A stretch of DNA of 64,000 nt from Eubacteriales bacterium (GTDB taxonomy: Bacteria > Bacillota > Clostridia > Oscillospirales > QAKW01): assembly GCA_045546895.1 (NCBI GenBank), contig JAZQDS010000068.1, positions 2,255 through 66,254 on the forward strand, read 5' to 3'. Positions 1 through 8,522 of this stretch are shown in pieces. The position numbers and the translations under genes were made by a program. The notes under the pieces are model-generated. The model made no database searches. It was given only the letters and a program-made list of their open reading frames with translations, and was not told the origin of the DNA. Within the stretch, counting starts at the first letter, position 1. Every line of letters starts with the position of its first letter.

Positions 1-1
1 T

Positions 2-619
2 TTTCTGACGCTCTCTCATTTGGTGGTTTATTTGTTGGAACATTATGCTGTACCGATGATATTATTCTTTGCGGGCGGAGTTATTGGCGGATTGCCGATT
101 GTTTTGGATGAGATTAGAGATCAGCGAATTTACTGGTATCATTGGGGCTTCTTTTTGGCGGGAGCTGCAGTAATTATTCTTCTTGCATTATTGCCTGATG
201 GATATTTAATATTGGATCCTGAAAAGGAAGGATCCAATATTTTTATGCAGGCGATCGGTGGATTTATTGCTGCTATCGCTTTAATTCTGCCGGGAATCAG
301 CGTTTCTCATATGCTGTATGTTTTGGGTGTTTATGAGGGCGTTATGCAGGCGGCGGCAGAGCTGAATTTTGTTCCGTTAATTCCTTTTATTGCGGGCGGG
401 ATTATCGGAACGGTTTTGATGGCTCGATTTATTGAATGGCTATTGCATCGTTATAAACTTCAGACCTATCTTGCAGTTATGGGATTTGTTGTCGGGTCGG
501 TGGTAGAGCTATTGTCGCGCGTTCGAATCAGCGAACTTTCGATTTGGTGTGTCCCATTATTTTTAAGTGGCTTTTTCGGTGTTTTTCTAATGTATTATAA
601 AGGAAAGACCAATGCATAA
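2..619 (+). CDS. DUF368-family integral membrane protein (polyprenyl-phosphate transporter-like), 5'-truncated by the window edge
   Basis: The frame of ORF 20..619 stays open back to position 2, so the gene starts outside the window. It is a multi-TM protein with an LPGISVSH motif and Gly-rich helices as I remember for DUF368. The family call is from memory, not a search. Confidence 0.55.
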   Translation, partial: FLTLSHLVVYLLEHYAVPMILFFAGGVIGGLPIVLDEIRDQRIYWYHWGFFLAGAAVIILLALLPDGYLILDPEKEGSNIFMQAIGGFIAAIALILPGISVSHMLYVLGVYEGVMQAAAELNFVPLIPFIAGGIIGTVLMARFIEWLLHRYKLQTYLAVMGFVVGSVVELLSRVRISELSIWCVPLFLSGFFGVFLMYYKGKTNA

Positions 620-636
620 GCATTGGTCTTTCCTTT
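599..636. terminator. 17-bp perfect hairpin between convergent genes (bidirectional terminator candidate)
   Basis: AAAGGAAAGACCAATGC-ATAA-GCATTGGTCTTTCCTTT. The DUF368 stop codon (617-619) lies in the loop and the GH20 stop is at 641-643. The flanking T tracts are only 3 nt. Confidence 0.5.
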
Positions 637-640
637 ATAA

Positions 641-2470
641 TCAGATGATATTTCCTGAAGCGAGCTTTCTCCAAACATTTTTGGGGGAAACATCGAGGAT
701 TTCAACATCCAATTGTTCGATTTTAGTGATTTTTCCTTCGATAAAGTCTTCAATGGTGCGCTTAGTTGTGTTTAAACGTTCTTTCAATCCGCCGATTCTA
801 AGCTCAATGACATCAAAGCCAAAGGTTTTATTATCATAATACCATTCGTTTCTGGCAACAGAGAGATATTGGTCCAGCGAAGATAAAACTGCGGGAATTC
901 GCTCCGCCGCTATTGCTCTTAAAGTTTCGATATTCTTTTCCAGATATGCTGTTCGGATATCGGTCGAAAGGGTTGCCTTCAAAGCCAAGAAACGGCAAAG
1001 AGCTTCAGCGCTGTGCAGCATATAGGAAAAGGGATTTTCGGGAACAGCGGCAATGATTTCCGCTTTTTGAGCAAATTCATCTGCATATTGAGGCTTTATC
1101 TTGCAATCAATCCAGCCGCCGAGGGGGTCATTATAGAATATGTATTTTGAAAGAAGTACTTTACTATAGTTATGGGGATCGGTATCAGAAAGAAGATTGG
1201 GGCTATCCAATAAGAGAAAATCATCGAATTTAACGCCGAAGGTTTCAAAGAACCGCGCCTTAACCCAATTTAAATCTTCTCCTTTCGCATAGCAGTATTC
1301 AGCATATTGCTGAAGAGTGGGGAGGATGGAAAAATTAGAAGCCTCGGCGCCGTTATCGCCCCAGGCGGTTGCAATAACGGTCGATACCTTTTCTTCTCGC
1401 GCAATTCTCAAATGAATGTCGTTTACATAAAGAGAATAAAAGTTCATGGGGGACATGCCATACCATTTCCAAGCACCGCCTGCAAAGATGGTGGGGTTGC
1501 GGAATTGTTGATGGCAATGCATCATATGGCGGAAACGCTTTTCATTATCGGAATAATAGTCCCAATAAACAAGTGAGAGGTTTTCGGGTACCATATTGAT
1601 AACATCATTGGAAATTTCACCCTTATCCACATAGTAAGTGTGAAACTGGATGCGGAAAAACATATCGGACCAGATCATCGGATTAAACTGATATTTTTCG
1701 CAGATCTTAACAATTTTATCAAGATGTTCCAAAATGATGGAGGAGCGATCACGATAACCGTTAATATCAAGATATTTACCGGAACCCAAAAGGTGAGCTT
1801 CGTCCATACCAACATGGATACGGTTGGAGCGGAAGCAAGCGCGACAACTTTGAATCATCGCCTCAATTAATGCATAGGTTTTTTCTTCTCCGACCAAAAG
1901 GATGTTGGTGTTGTCAATGACGGATTGGAAATCCGGCCAGCGCAGACTGCCCTCTAAATGAGCCAAAACCTGTATGCAGGGGATCATTTCGATGCCGAAG
2001 GAGAAAGCATAATCGTCTATGTCTTTCAGCTCTTGCTGAGAAAAACGCCCTCTCATATAGCCGAAATAGGGATATTCGGGAACCTCATAGGTATCCTCGG
2101 TATAGAGCATAAAGGAATTAAAGCCCATTAGAGCAAGATAACGAATCATACGCTTTGCCGCGGGAACATTATATACGGCATTGCGTGAGCAATCCGACAT
2201 CAGGCAAAGATCATTATGAGCAGGGGTTTCACAATAAGTGTTTTGCTCTTTGATTCGCTCGGGAAGTAAAGAAAGCGCCCTGAAAAATTCATTCTTTTTA
2301 TGATATTCCAAAAAGCAAGCATCATCTTCAAAAACAATTGCGGGACCGGTATCATTTTGGCGGATCGTTACTTGCAATCCATCATTAGAGAGAGAGAATT
2401 GAAGTGACGGGGCAATTTCTTTGAGAGGTGCCTCAAGTTCAGGAGGAATATTTTTCAAACAAATCTTCAT
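641..2470 (-). CDS. glycoside hydrolase family 20 beta-N-acetylhexosaminidase-like enzyme (cytoplasmic)
   Basis: 609 aa with no signal peptide. It has the GH20-type catalytic signature IHVGMDEAH (H-x-G-x-D-E) and barrel context (FMLYTEDTYE, IPCIQVLAHLE). Confidence 0.8.
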   Translation of the reverse strand: MKICLKNIPPELEAPLKEIAPSLQFSLSNDGLQVTIRQNDTGPAIVFEDDACFLEYHKKNEFFRALSLLPERIKEQNTYCETPAHNDLCLMSDCSRNAVYNVPAAKRMIRYLALMGFNSFMLYTEDTYEVPEYPYFGYMRGRFSQQELKDIDDYAFSFGIEMIPCIQVLAHLEGSLRWPDFQSVIDNTNILLVGEEKTYALIEAMIQSCRACFRSNRIHVGMDEAHLLGSGKYLDINGYRDRSSIILEHLDKIVKICEKYQFNPMIWSDMFFRIQFHTYYVDKGEISNDVINMVPENLSLVYWDYYSDNEKRFRHMMHCHQQFRNPTIFAGGAWKWYGMSPMNFYSLYVNDIHLRIAREEKVSTVIATAWGDNGAEASNFSILPTLQQYAEYCYAKGEDLNWVKARFFETFGVKFDDFLLLDSPNLLSDTDPHNYSKVLLSKYIFYNDPLGGWIDCKIKPQYADEFAQKAEIIAAVPENPFSYMLHSAEALCRFLALKATLSTDIRTAYLEKNIETLRAIAAERIPAVLSSLDQYLSVARNEWYYDNKTFGFDVIELRIGGLKERLNTTKRTIEDFIEGKITKIEQLDVEILDVSPKNVWRKLASGNII

Positions 2471-2596
2471 ATTGAAACATTTCCTTTCTATAATTTATGT
2501 TTATTTTATCATTAATTAATTTTCATTGCAACTTATACTTGCTTTTTTTGTCTAAAAATACTAAAATAAAAACATATTTTACATAAGGATGAGAGC

Positions 2597-3814
2597 ATGA
2601 AGAAAATCATTGTTTTGGGCGGGGGACCTGCCGGAATGATGGCTGCATATACCGCGGCATCAAACGGTGCAGAAACGCTGTTAATTGAACAAAATGAAAT
2701 ATTGGGCCGAAAGCTCTTGATAACCGGGAAAGGAAGATGCAATGTTACAAACTTTTCCTCCGAAGAAGAGCTGATCGGGCAGATTGTGAATAATCGAAAA
2801 TTTTTATATTCCGCTTTTAACGCATTTAACGCTTACGATGCTTATGGTTTTTTTGAGGAAAACGGCGTTCCGCTGAAAGTGGAGCGAGGAAATCGCGTTT
2901 TCCCGGTTTCTGATCGTGCTGCGGATGTTCGAAATGCGATGAAAAATGCGATGCTTCAGGCCGGCGTTAAAATCATTTGTGATCAGATTAAAAGCATCGA
3001 TGGCAAAAAGCTGATGCTACAAGGGAAATACGGGGATTATTGCGCTGATTCAATTATTATTGCAACAGGAGGCTGCTCTTATCCGCTTACCGGATCAAAA
3101 GGGGATGGATATCGATTTGCGAAAAGCCTGGGCCATAATGTAATAAATCCGCGCCCTGCTTTAGTTCCGCTGATTGAAAAGGGGTTTAATTGCGAGAGAA
3201 TGATGGGGCTTTCCTTGAAAAACGTTCGTCTTTCGGTTTGCAACTGTAAAGGAAAAAAACTTTACGAAAATTTTGGGGAAATGCTCTTTACCCATTGCGG
3301 AATTTCGGGGCCGTTGGTACTATCGGTTTCCTCATTGCTGAGGGATGGGGATTTTCCTGCGAGGGCAATTATCGACCTAAAGCCGGCTTTGGACGAAGAA
3401 ACATTGGATAGGCGTCTTTTAAAGGATTTTGATTTAAATAGTAATAAGGATTTTGCCAATGCTTTGGATCGCCTGCTTCCGCGCAAGTTGATTCCGATTG
3501 TGATTGAGAGGAGTGGGATTGATACACGCATCAAAGTGCACCAGATTACCAAGGAGCAGCGAAAGAAGCTGGCTTTAATTATTAAAAATTTCGAGATTTT
3601 AATCGCCGGGAAGAGCGGATTTGATGAAGCGATTGTTACCGCCGGCGGTGTTGATATTGGTCAAATTGATCCTCGTACAATGGAATCCAAGCTTGTTCCT
3701 GATGTTTATTTTGCGGGCGAGGTTCTGGATGTTGATGCCTTTACCGGCGGATATAATCTGCAAATTGCCTATTCTACCGGCTATCTTGCCGGGATTTCAG
3801 CGGCACAAAAATAA
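2597..3814 (+). CDS. HI0933/YhiN-family NAD(P)/FAD-dependent flavoprotein (BaiN-like)
   Basis: N-terminal Rossmann motif IIVLGGGPAGMMAA, then ITGKGRCNVTN, and a C-terminal GEVLDVDAFTGGYNLQ motif typical of this family. Confidence 0.8.
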   Translation: MKKIIVLGGGPAGMMAAYTAASNGAETLLIEQNEILGRKLLITGKGRCNVTNFSSEEELIGQIVNNRKFLYSAFNAFNAYDAYGFFEENGVPLKVERGNRVFPVSDRAADVRNAMKNAMLQAGVKIICDQIKSIDGKKLMLQGKYGDYCADSIIIATGGCSYPLTGSKGDGYRFAKSLGHNVINPRPALVPLIEKGFNCERMMGLSLKNVRLSVCNCKGKKLYENFGEMLFTHCGISGPLVLSVSSLLRDGDFPARAIIDLKPALDEETLDRRLLKDFDLNSNKDFANALDRLLPRKLIPIVIERSGIDTRIKVHQITKEQRKKLALIIKNFEILIAGKSGFDEAIVTAGGVDIGQIDPRTMESKLVPDVYFAGEVLDVDAFTGGYNLQIAYSTGYLAGISAAQK

Positions 3815-3841
3815 TTTTATATTTCATTTTGTGTTAAAATA

Positions 3842-3854
3842 TGGTTTACATAAT
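3842..3854 (+). repeat. 13-bp motif TGGTTTACATAAT, copy 1 of 3 exact copies
   Basis: Exact match to 43679-43691 and 43702-43714. It lies 67 bp upstream of the cmk ATG. The embedded TTTACA (3845-3850), a 17-bp spacer and TACAAA (3868-3873) could also be a sigmaA promoter. Confidence 0.6.
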
Positions 3855-3920
3855 ATTTTAAACATTTTACAAAATAATCTTGAAAATACTTGGCCAATAA
3901 GGGCTAATGAGGAGGAAAAA

Positions 3921-4592
3921 ATGGGTATTAATATTGCAATTGATGGTCCCAGCGGAGCCGGGAAGAGCACGCTTTCCAGAAAGCTGGCTGAAAAACTGGA
4001 TTATATTTATGTTGACACCGGCGCATTATATCGTACCATTGGATTATTTATTTTCAGAAATAAAATTGATCCTTCAAATTGCGCAGCGGTTGAAGCTGCG
4101 CTACCGCAAATTGAGGTGGGGTTGCGCTTTATCGGTGGCGAGCAGCATGTTTATCTTAATGGCGAGGATGTTTCAAAGGATATTAGAATTCATGAGGTGA
4201 GTCAATACGCTTCTTTGGTTAGCGCGCATCCACCTGTTCGTAAATATCTTTTTGAAACACAAAGAAAGCTTGCGGCTGAGAATAATGTTATTATGGACGG
4301 TCGGGATATCGGAACTGTTGTTTTGCCGAATGCCGATGTCAAAATTTTTCTTACCGCCAGCGCTGAGGTGCGCGCTAAACGCCGCTATGATGAACTGATT
4401 CAAAGAGGGCAGAGCGTTGATTTTGATCAGGTTCTTGCGGATGTTATTCGGCGGGATGAGCAGGATATGAATCGCCCTGTTGCGCCTTTAAAGCCCGCTG
4501 ATGACAGCGTAATTCTTGATACTTCCGGCTGCTCTTTTGATGAGGCGCTTTTATTGCTTTATAATACGGTAAATGAAAGGTTGAGCCGCTGA
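3921..4592 (+). CDS. cmk: cytidylate kinase
   Basis: ORF 3621..4592 trimmed to ATG 3921, which follows GGAGG at 3911-3915. P-loop IAIDGPSGAGKST and a Cmk-like sequence throughout. Confidence 0.95.
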   Translation: MGINIAIDGPSGAGKSTLSRKLAEKLDYIYVDTGALYRTIGLFIFRNKIDPSNCAAVEAALPQIEVGLRFIGGEQHVYLNGEDVSKDIRIHEVSQYASLVSAHPPVRKYLFETQRKLAAENNVIMDGRDIGTVVLPNADVKIFLTASAEVRAKRRYDELIQRGQSVDFDQVLADVIRRDEQDMNRPVAPLKPADDSVILDTSGCSFDEALLLLYNTVNERLSR

Positions 4593-4593
4593 A

Positions 4594-6588
4594 ATGAGTG
4601 TTAAAACGATTGAGCATGCAGGCTTTTGCTTTGGGGTTTCCCGCGCTGTTGATGCGCTGAATGCCGAAATTGAAAAGGGGAGTAGTAGTATTTTTACTGT
4701 GGGCCCCATCATTCATAATCCTCAAATTATTGAGGAAATGGGGAAGAAAGGGGTAAAAATAGCAAAGGATGTGCGCGAAATTCCGCGAGATAGTACCGCT
4801 GTAATTCGAGCGCATGGAATTCCGAAAGAGGATTTAAAATACCTAGAGGAGAGGAAAATTCGGTTCGTTGATGCTACCTGCCCATTTGTTGAGAAAATCC
4901 AGAAAATCGTTGATCAGGAAAAGGAAAATATTGTTTTGATCGGCGGAAATCCGGATCATCCCGAAGTGATCGGAATTAAAAGCTATGGTAACGAAAAAAC
5001 TTTTGTTTTCCGAAATGCAGAGGAATTGGCGGAATTATCTAAAAAAACAGATAACTTTTCGTCAAATTACATAGTTGTTGTTTGGCAAACTACATTTAAT
5101 TTAAAAGAATTTGAAAAATGTTCGGATTTTCTCAAAAAAAACTTTGAAAATTTGAAAATCTATGATACAATATGTAAAGCGACTCAGATCAGGCAGCAAG
5201 AAACGGCTGCACTTGCCGCTGAAAGTGATGCAATGATCATCATCGGCGGGAAAGAGAGTTCGAACACGGCCAAGCTGTTTTCAATTGCGAAGGCGGCTTG
5301 CCCCTGCACAGTTTTGATTGAGCAGGTTAATGAGGTACCAATAAAATTAGTATATAAAGAGAGGATTGGTATTGCAGGCGGGGCTTCCACCCCTGTTTGT
5401 ATCATCGAGGAGGTAAAACGTATTATGTCGGAACAAAATGTCAACTTGGTTGAGGAAGAAATGACCTTCGAGCAAATGCTTGAGAATTCCTTAAAAGTAA
5501 TTAACAATGGAGATAGAGTGAAAGGAATTGTCGTCGGAATTAATCCTTCTGAAGTCAAGGTTGATCTTGGTGCGAAGTACTCCGGCTTCATCACAAGAGA
5601 TAATTTTTCGGCGGATCCCAATGTGGATCTTATGGCTGATGTTGCTGTTGGCGATGAAATTGAATGTATTGCTTTGAGAGTTAATGATGTTGAGGGTACC
5701 GTTGCGCTTTCTAAAAAGAAGGTTGATGCAATGGCCGGCTTTGAAAAACTGGAAAAGGCTTGTGAAGAAAAGGCTACTTTGGAAGGCACTGTTGCTGAAG
5801 TTACCAATGGCGGCCTGACTGTTATGATTGAGGGGACTCGTGTATTTGTTCCCAAGTCTCTTTCCGGTAAGCCCCGCAACTTTGATTTTGATACCATGAT
5901 GAATGAAACCATCGAGCTTCAGATTGCTGAAATTTCCATGGTTCGCGGTCGTAAGAAGGTAATCGGCTCTATGCGCGCGCTTGAGGCGGAAAAGCGCAAG
6001 GCTGCCCGCAAGGAATTTTGGGATAATGCTGCTGTTGGCAATCGTTATAACGGTATTGTTAAGTCCCTGACCACTTTCGGCGCTTTCGTTGATCTTGGCG
6101 GCGTTGATGGCTTGCTTCATATTACCGAGATGTCTTGGAAGAAGATTAAGCATCCCAGCGATATTATGAATGTTGGCGATGAGATCGATGTTTACATCAA
6201 AGCGATTGACGAAGAAAAGAAGAAGATTTCCTTGGGTTATAAGAAGGATGAGGATAATCCCTTTGTACTTTTCACCAATCAGTATAATGTTGGCGATACT
6301 GCTACCGTTACGATTATGAACCTGATGCCCTTCGGCGCTTTTGCGCGTATTATCGATGGCGTTGATGGTTTGATCCATATTTCTCAGATCAGCACCAAGC
6401 ACATTGCAAAGCCCGCAGATGTTTTGAAGGTCGGCGATGAGGTCGAGGTTAAGATCGTTGATATCAACGAGGAAACTCAGAAGGTTGGTCTTTCCATCCG
6501 CGCTTTATTGGATGAGGAGGCCGCCGCTGAGGAAGCTGCTCCCGTTGAGGTTGCCGAAGAGGCTGCCGAGGAAGCAGACGCTGAGTAA
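4594..6588 (+). CDS. ispH: bifunctional 4-hydroxy-3-methylbut-2-enyl diphosphate reductase (IspH/LytB) fused to a ribosomal protein S1-like region
   Basis: 664 aa. The N-terminal ~285 aa are LytB-like (AGFCFGVSRAV, ATCPFVEK, GGKESSNT). The C-terminal part holds four S1 repeats (for example FGAFVDLGGVDGLLHITE, FGAFARIIDGVDGLIHISQ) and an acidic tail. The start is 2 nt after the cmk stop. Confidence 0.9.
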   Translation: MSVKTIEHAGFCFGVSRAVDALNAEIEKGSSSIFTVGPIIHNPQIIEEMGKKGVKIAKDVREIPRDSTAVIRAHGIPKEDLKYLEERKIRFVDATCPFVEKIQKIVDQEKENIVLIGGNPDHPEVIGIKSYGNEKTFVFRNAEELAELSKKTDNFSSNYIVVVWQTTFNLKEFEKCSDFLKKNFENLKIYDTICKATQIRQQETAALAAESDAMIIIGGKESSNTAKLFSIAKAACPCTVLIEQVNEVPIKLVYKERIGIAGGASTPVCIIEEVKRIMSEQNVNLVEEEMTFEQMLENSLKVINNGDRVKGIVVGINPSEVKVDLGAKYSGFITRDNFSADPNVDLMADVAVGDEIECIALRVNDVEGTVALSKKKVDAMAGFEKLEKACEEKATLEGTVAEVTNGGLTVMIEGTRVFVPKSLSGKPRNFDFDTMMNETIELQIAEISMVRGRKKVIGSMRALEAEKRKAARKEFWDNAAVGNRYNGIVKSLTTFGAFVDLGGVDGLLHITEMSWKKIKHPSDIMNVGDEIDVYIKAIDEEKKKISLGYKKDEDNPFVLFTNQYNVGDTATVTIMNLMPFGAFARIIDGVDGLIHISQISTKHIAKPADVLKVGDEVEVKIVDINEETQKVGLSIRALLDEEAAAEEAAPVEVAEEAAEEADAE

Positions 6589-6603
6589 TTCATTATTGCA
6601 TTG

Positions 6604-6641
6604 AGCAGTGCGAAAAGGAAACTTTTCGTACTGCTTTTTTT
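6604..6641 (+). terminator. intrinsic terminator after ispH-rpsA
   Basis: AGCAGTGCGAAAAG-GAAA-CTTTTCGTACTGCT followed by T7. Confidence 0.7.
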
Positions 6642-6650
6642 ATTATTATA

Positions 6651-6680
6651 TAGACAAATTATTATATCTTATGGTATAAT
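6651..6680 (+). promoter_or_regulatory. sigmaA-type promoter candidate for miaB (extended -10)
   Basis: TAGACA (6651-6656), an 18-bp spacer ending in TGG, then TATAAT (6675-6680). Confidence 0.45.
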
Positions 6681-6704
6681 ACAATTATATATGGTTTAAA
6701 GTGG

Positions 6705-8102
6705 GTGAGTATTGAATTGTTAAATTCTGCCGAAAGAAATCAGGCAATTTGCAGGCTGAAAGAAATGTTTTTGCGCAGAGGAGCTCCTTTATATGCCTGC
6801 GTTCGTACATACGGATGTCAGCAAAATGTTGCTGATAGTGAGCGTATGAAAGGAATGCTTGCCGAAATTGGTTTTTTGTTTACAGATGACCCTGAAAATG
6901 CAGACCTTGTATTGTTTAATACCTGCGCGGTGCGCGAGCATGCGGAGAAAAAGGTTTTTGGGAATATTGGTGCTTTAAAACCATTAAAGGCTGCGAAGCC
7001 TGAAATGCTGATTGTACTTTGCGGTTGTATGATGCAGCAGGAGCGGGTACAAAAAGAGCTGAAATCTAAATATAAGCATGTAGATATTGTTTTTGGGCCT
7101 TCTATGATTCCAATGCTCCCGCAGATGATAGAAGAAGCAATTCTATCCAAGATAAAGATATTTACTCGCGAAGAAATTTCGGAAATTGCAGAAGATCTTC
7201 CGATTGTTCGGGATGAAAAGCATAAAGCGTGGGTATCGGTAATGTATGGGTGTAATAATTTTTGCACTTATTGTATCGTTCCTTATGTTCGCGGACGCGA
7301 GCGCAGCCGCCGATCTGATAAAATATTAGATGAAATTCGCGCATTGGTTCGCGATGGATATCGCGATATTACGCTACTTGGCCAAAACGTTAATTCATAT
7401 GGCAAGGATCTGGATGGCGAAATGGATTTTGCTGATCTTCTTTATGCTATTGATAAAATTGAAGGCGATTTCTGGATTCGTTTTACTACCAGCCATCCGA
7501 AGGATTGCAGCATTAAGCTTTTAGATGCAATGGCGGCTTGCAAGAAGGTTTGCCATCAGCTTCAGCTCCCGTTTCAATCCGGCAGCAATAAGATTCTGGA
7601 GGATATGAATCGTCATTATACTGCGGAATCCTATTATAGCTTGATTGAATATGCAAGGAAGGTAATGCCGGACGTTGTTGTTACCAGCGATGTTATCGTT
7701 GGGTTCCCCGGCGAGACCGAGGAGGATTTTGAGGAAACCCTTAATCTTGTGCGCAAGGTTGAATTTGATAATCTCTTCACTTTTCTTTATTCAAAAAGAA
7801 GCGGAACTAAAGCTGCAGTTGCGAAAAATCAAGTGGATGAAAGTATAAAAAAAGAACGCTTCAATCGCCTGCTTGAGCTGCAACATGCGAATTGCCTGAA
7901 AAGAAATAAAGCAATGGAAGGCAAGACCTATCGGGTCTATGTTGAATCCTTGAGCAAAAATAATCCCAATACCCTTACAGGCAGAACCATGGGGGGAAAA
8001 GCAATTGATTTTCCCGGCGATGCTTCGTTGATTGGTCAATTTTGCGAGATAGAAGTAATTAAAGCTAAATCTTGGTCGTTAGACGGTAAAATAAAGGAGT
8101 AA
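6705..8102 (+). CDS. miaB: tRNA (N6-isopentenyladenosine-37-C2)-methylthiotransferase MiaB
   Basis: UPF0004 N-domain (TYGCQQNVADSE), radical-SAM CNNFCTYCIVP motif and a C-terminal TRAM domain. GTG start. Confidence 0.9.
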   Translation: MSIELLNSAERNQAICRLKEMFLRRGAPLYACVRTYGCQQNVADSERMKGMLAEIGFLFTDDPENADLVLFNTCAVREHAEKKVFGNIGALKPLKAAKPEMLIVLCGCMMQQERVQKELKSKYKHVDIVFGPSMIPMLPQMIEEAILSKIKIFTREEISEIAEDLPIVRDEKHKAWVSVMYGCNNFCTYCIVPYVRGRERSRRSDKILDEIRALVRDGYRDITLLGQNVNSYGKDLDGEMDFADLLYAIDKIEGDFWIRFTTSHPKDCSIKLLDAMAACKKVCHQLQLPFQSGSNKILEDMNRHYTAESYYSLIEYARKVMPDVVVTSDVIVGFPGETEEDFEETLNLVRKVEFDNLFTFLYSKRSGTKAAVAKNQVDESIKKERFNRLLELQHANCLKRNKAMEGKTYRVYVESLSKNNPNTLTGRTMGGKAIDFPGDASLIGQFCEIEVIKAKSWSLDGKIKE

Positions 8103-8107
8103 CAAAA

Positions 8108-8497
8108 ATGACAGAAATTATTGAAAAAGCAAAAGAGTTAGGCGCTTTGGTACAAGCGAGCGAGCAGGTGCAAAAATTCAATGCTGCAAAGGCAGCATAT
8201 GAAAACGATGAAGAAATCCAAAAACTAATTCATGAGTTTAATTTGCAAAAAATGTCGATGATGTCTCTTGGCAATGAGAGCGAGCCCGATCAGGCGCGAA
8301 TGACTGAGCTGGAAGAGCGAATGAAGAGCATTTATGCTGAAATCATGGCAAACGATAAGATGAATGAGATGCAGGAATCTACCAAAGCAGTTGAGGAATT
8401 GATGGGTCAGATCAACGGCGTTTTAACATTCTATGTTACCGGTGAAGAGCCCAGCTCTTGTACTCACGACTGTTCTACTTGCGGCGGCTGCCATTAA
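8108..8497 (+). CDS. YlbF/YmcA-family regulator (RicA-like by synteny) with a C-terminal Cys4 tail
   Basis: 129-aa helical protein located between miaB and mutS, the position of ymcA in B. subtilis (ymcB/miaB-ymcA-cotE-mutS-mutL). It ends in SSCTHDCSTCGGCH. Confidence 0.65.
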   Translation: MTEIIEKAKELGALVQASEQVQKFNAAKAAYENDEEIQKLIHEFNLQKMSMMSLGNESEPDQARMTELEERMKSIYAEIMANDKMNEMQESTKAVEELMGQINGVLTFYVTGEEPSSCTHDCSTCGGCH

Positions 8498-8522
8498 ACC
8501 GCTGAATTAGGGGAGGATTAAA

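Noticed and set aside
3621-3920. A 100-codon N-terminal extension of the cmk ORF, overlapping the 3' end of the flavoprotein gene.
   Set aside because: The extension has no kinase similarity and reads as hydrophobic junk. A GGAGG-spaced ATG at 3921 gives a canonical Cmk N-terminus (MGINIAIDGPSGAGKST).
5184-6402. Long minus-strand ORFs (242 and 303 aa) antisense to ispH-rpsA. Similar antisense ORFs occur at 8661-9536 (mutS), 18900-19532 (rluD), 21135-21899 (pyrH/frr), 27699-28127 and 28944-29450 (polC), and 49026-49445 (ychF).
   Set aside because: Each lies entirely inside a strongly recognisable gene on the other strand. They have low-complexity or odd composition and no RBS or recognisable motifs. 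They are typical stop-poor shadow frames.
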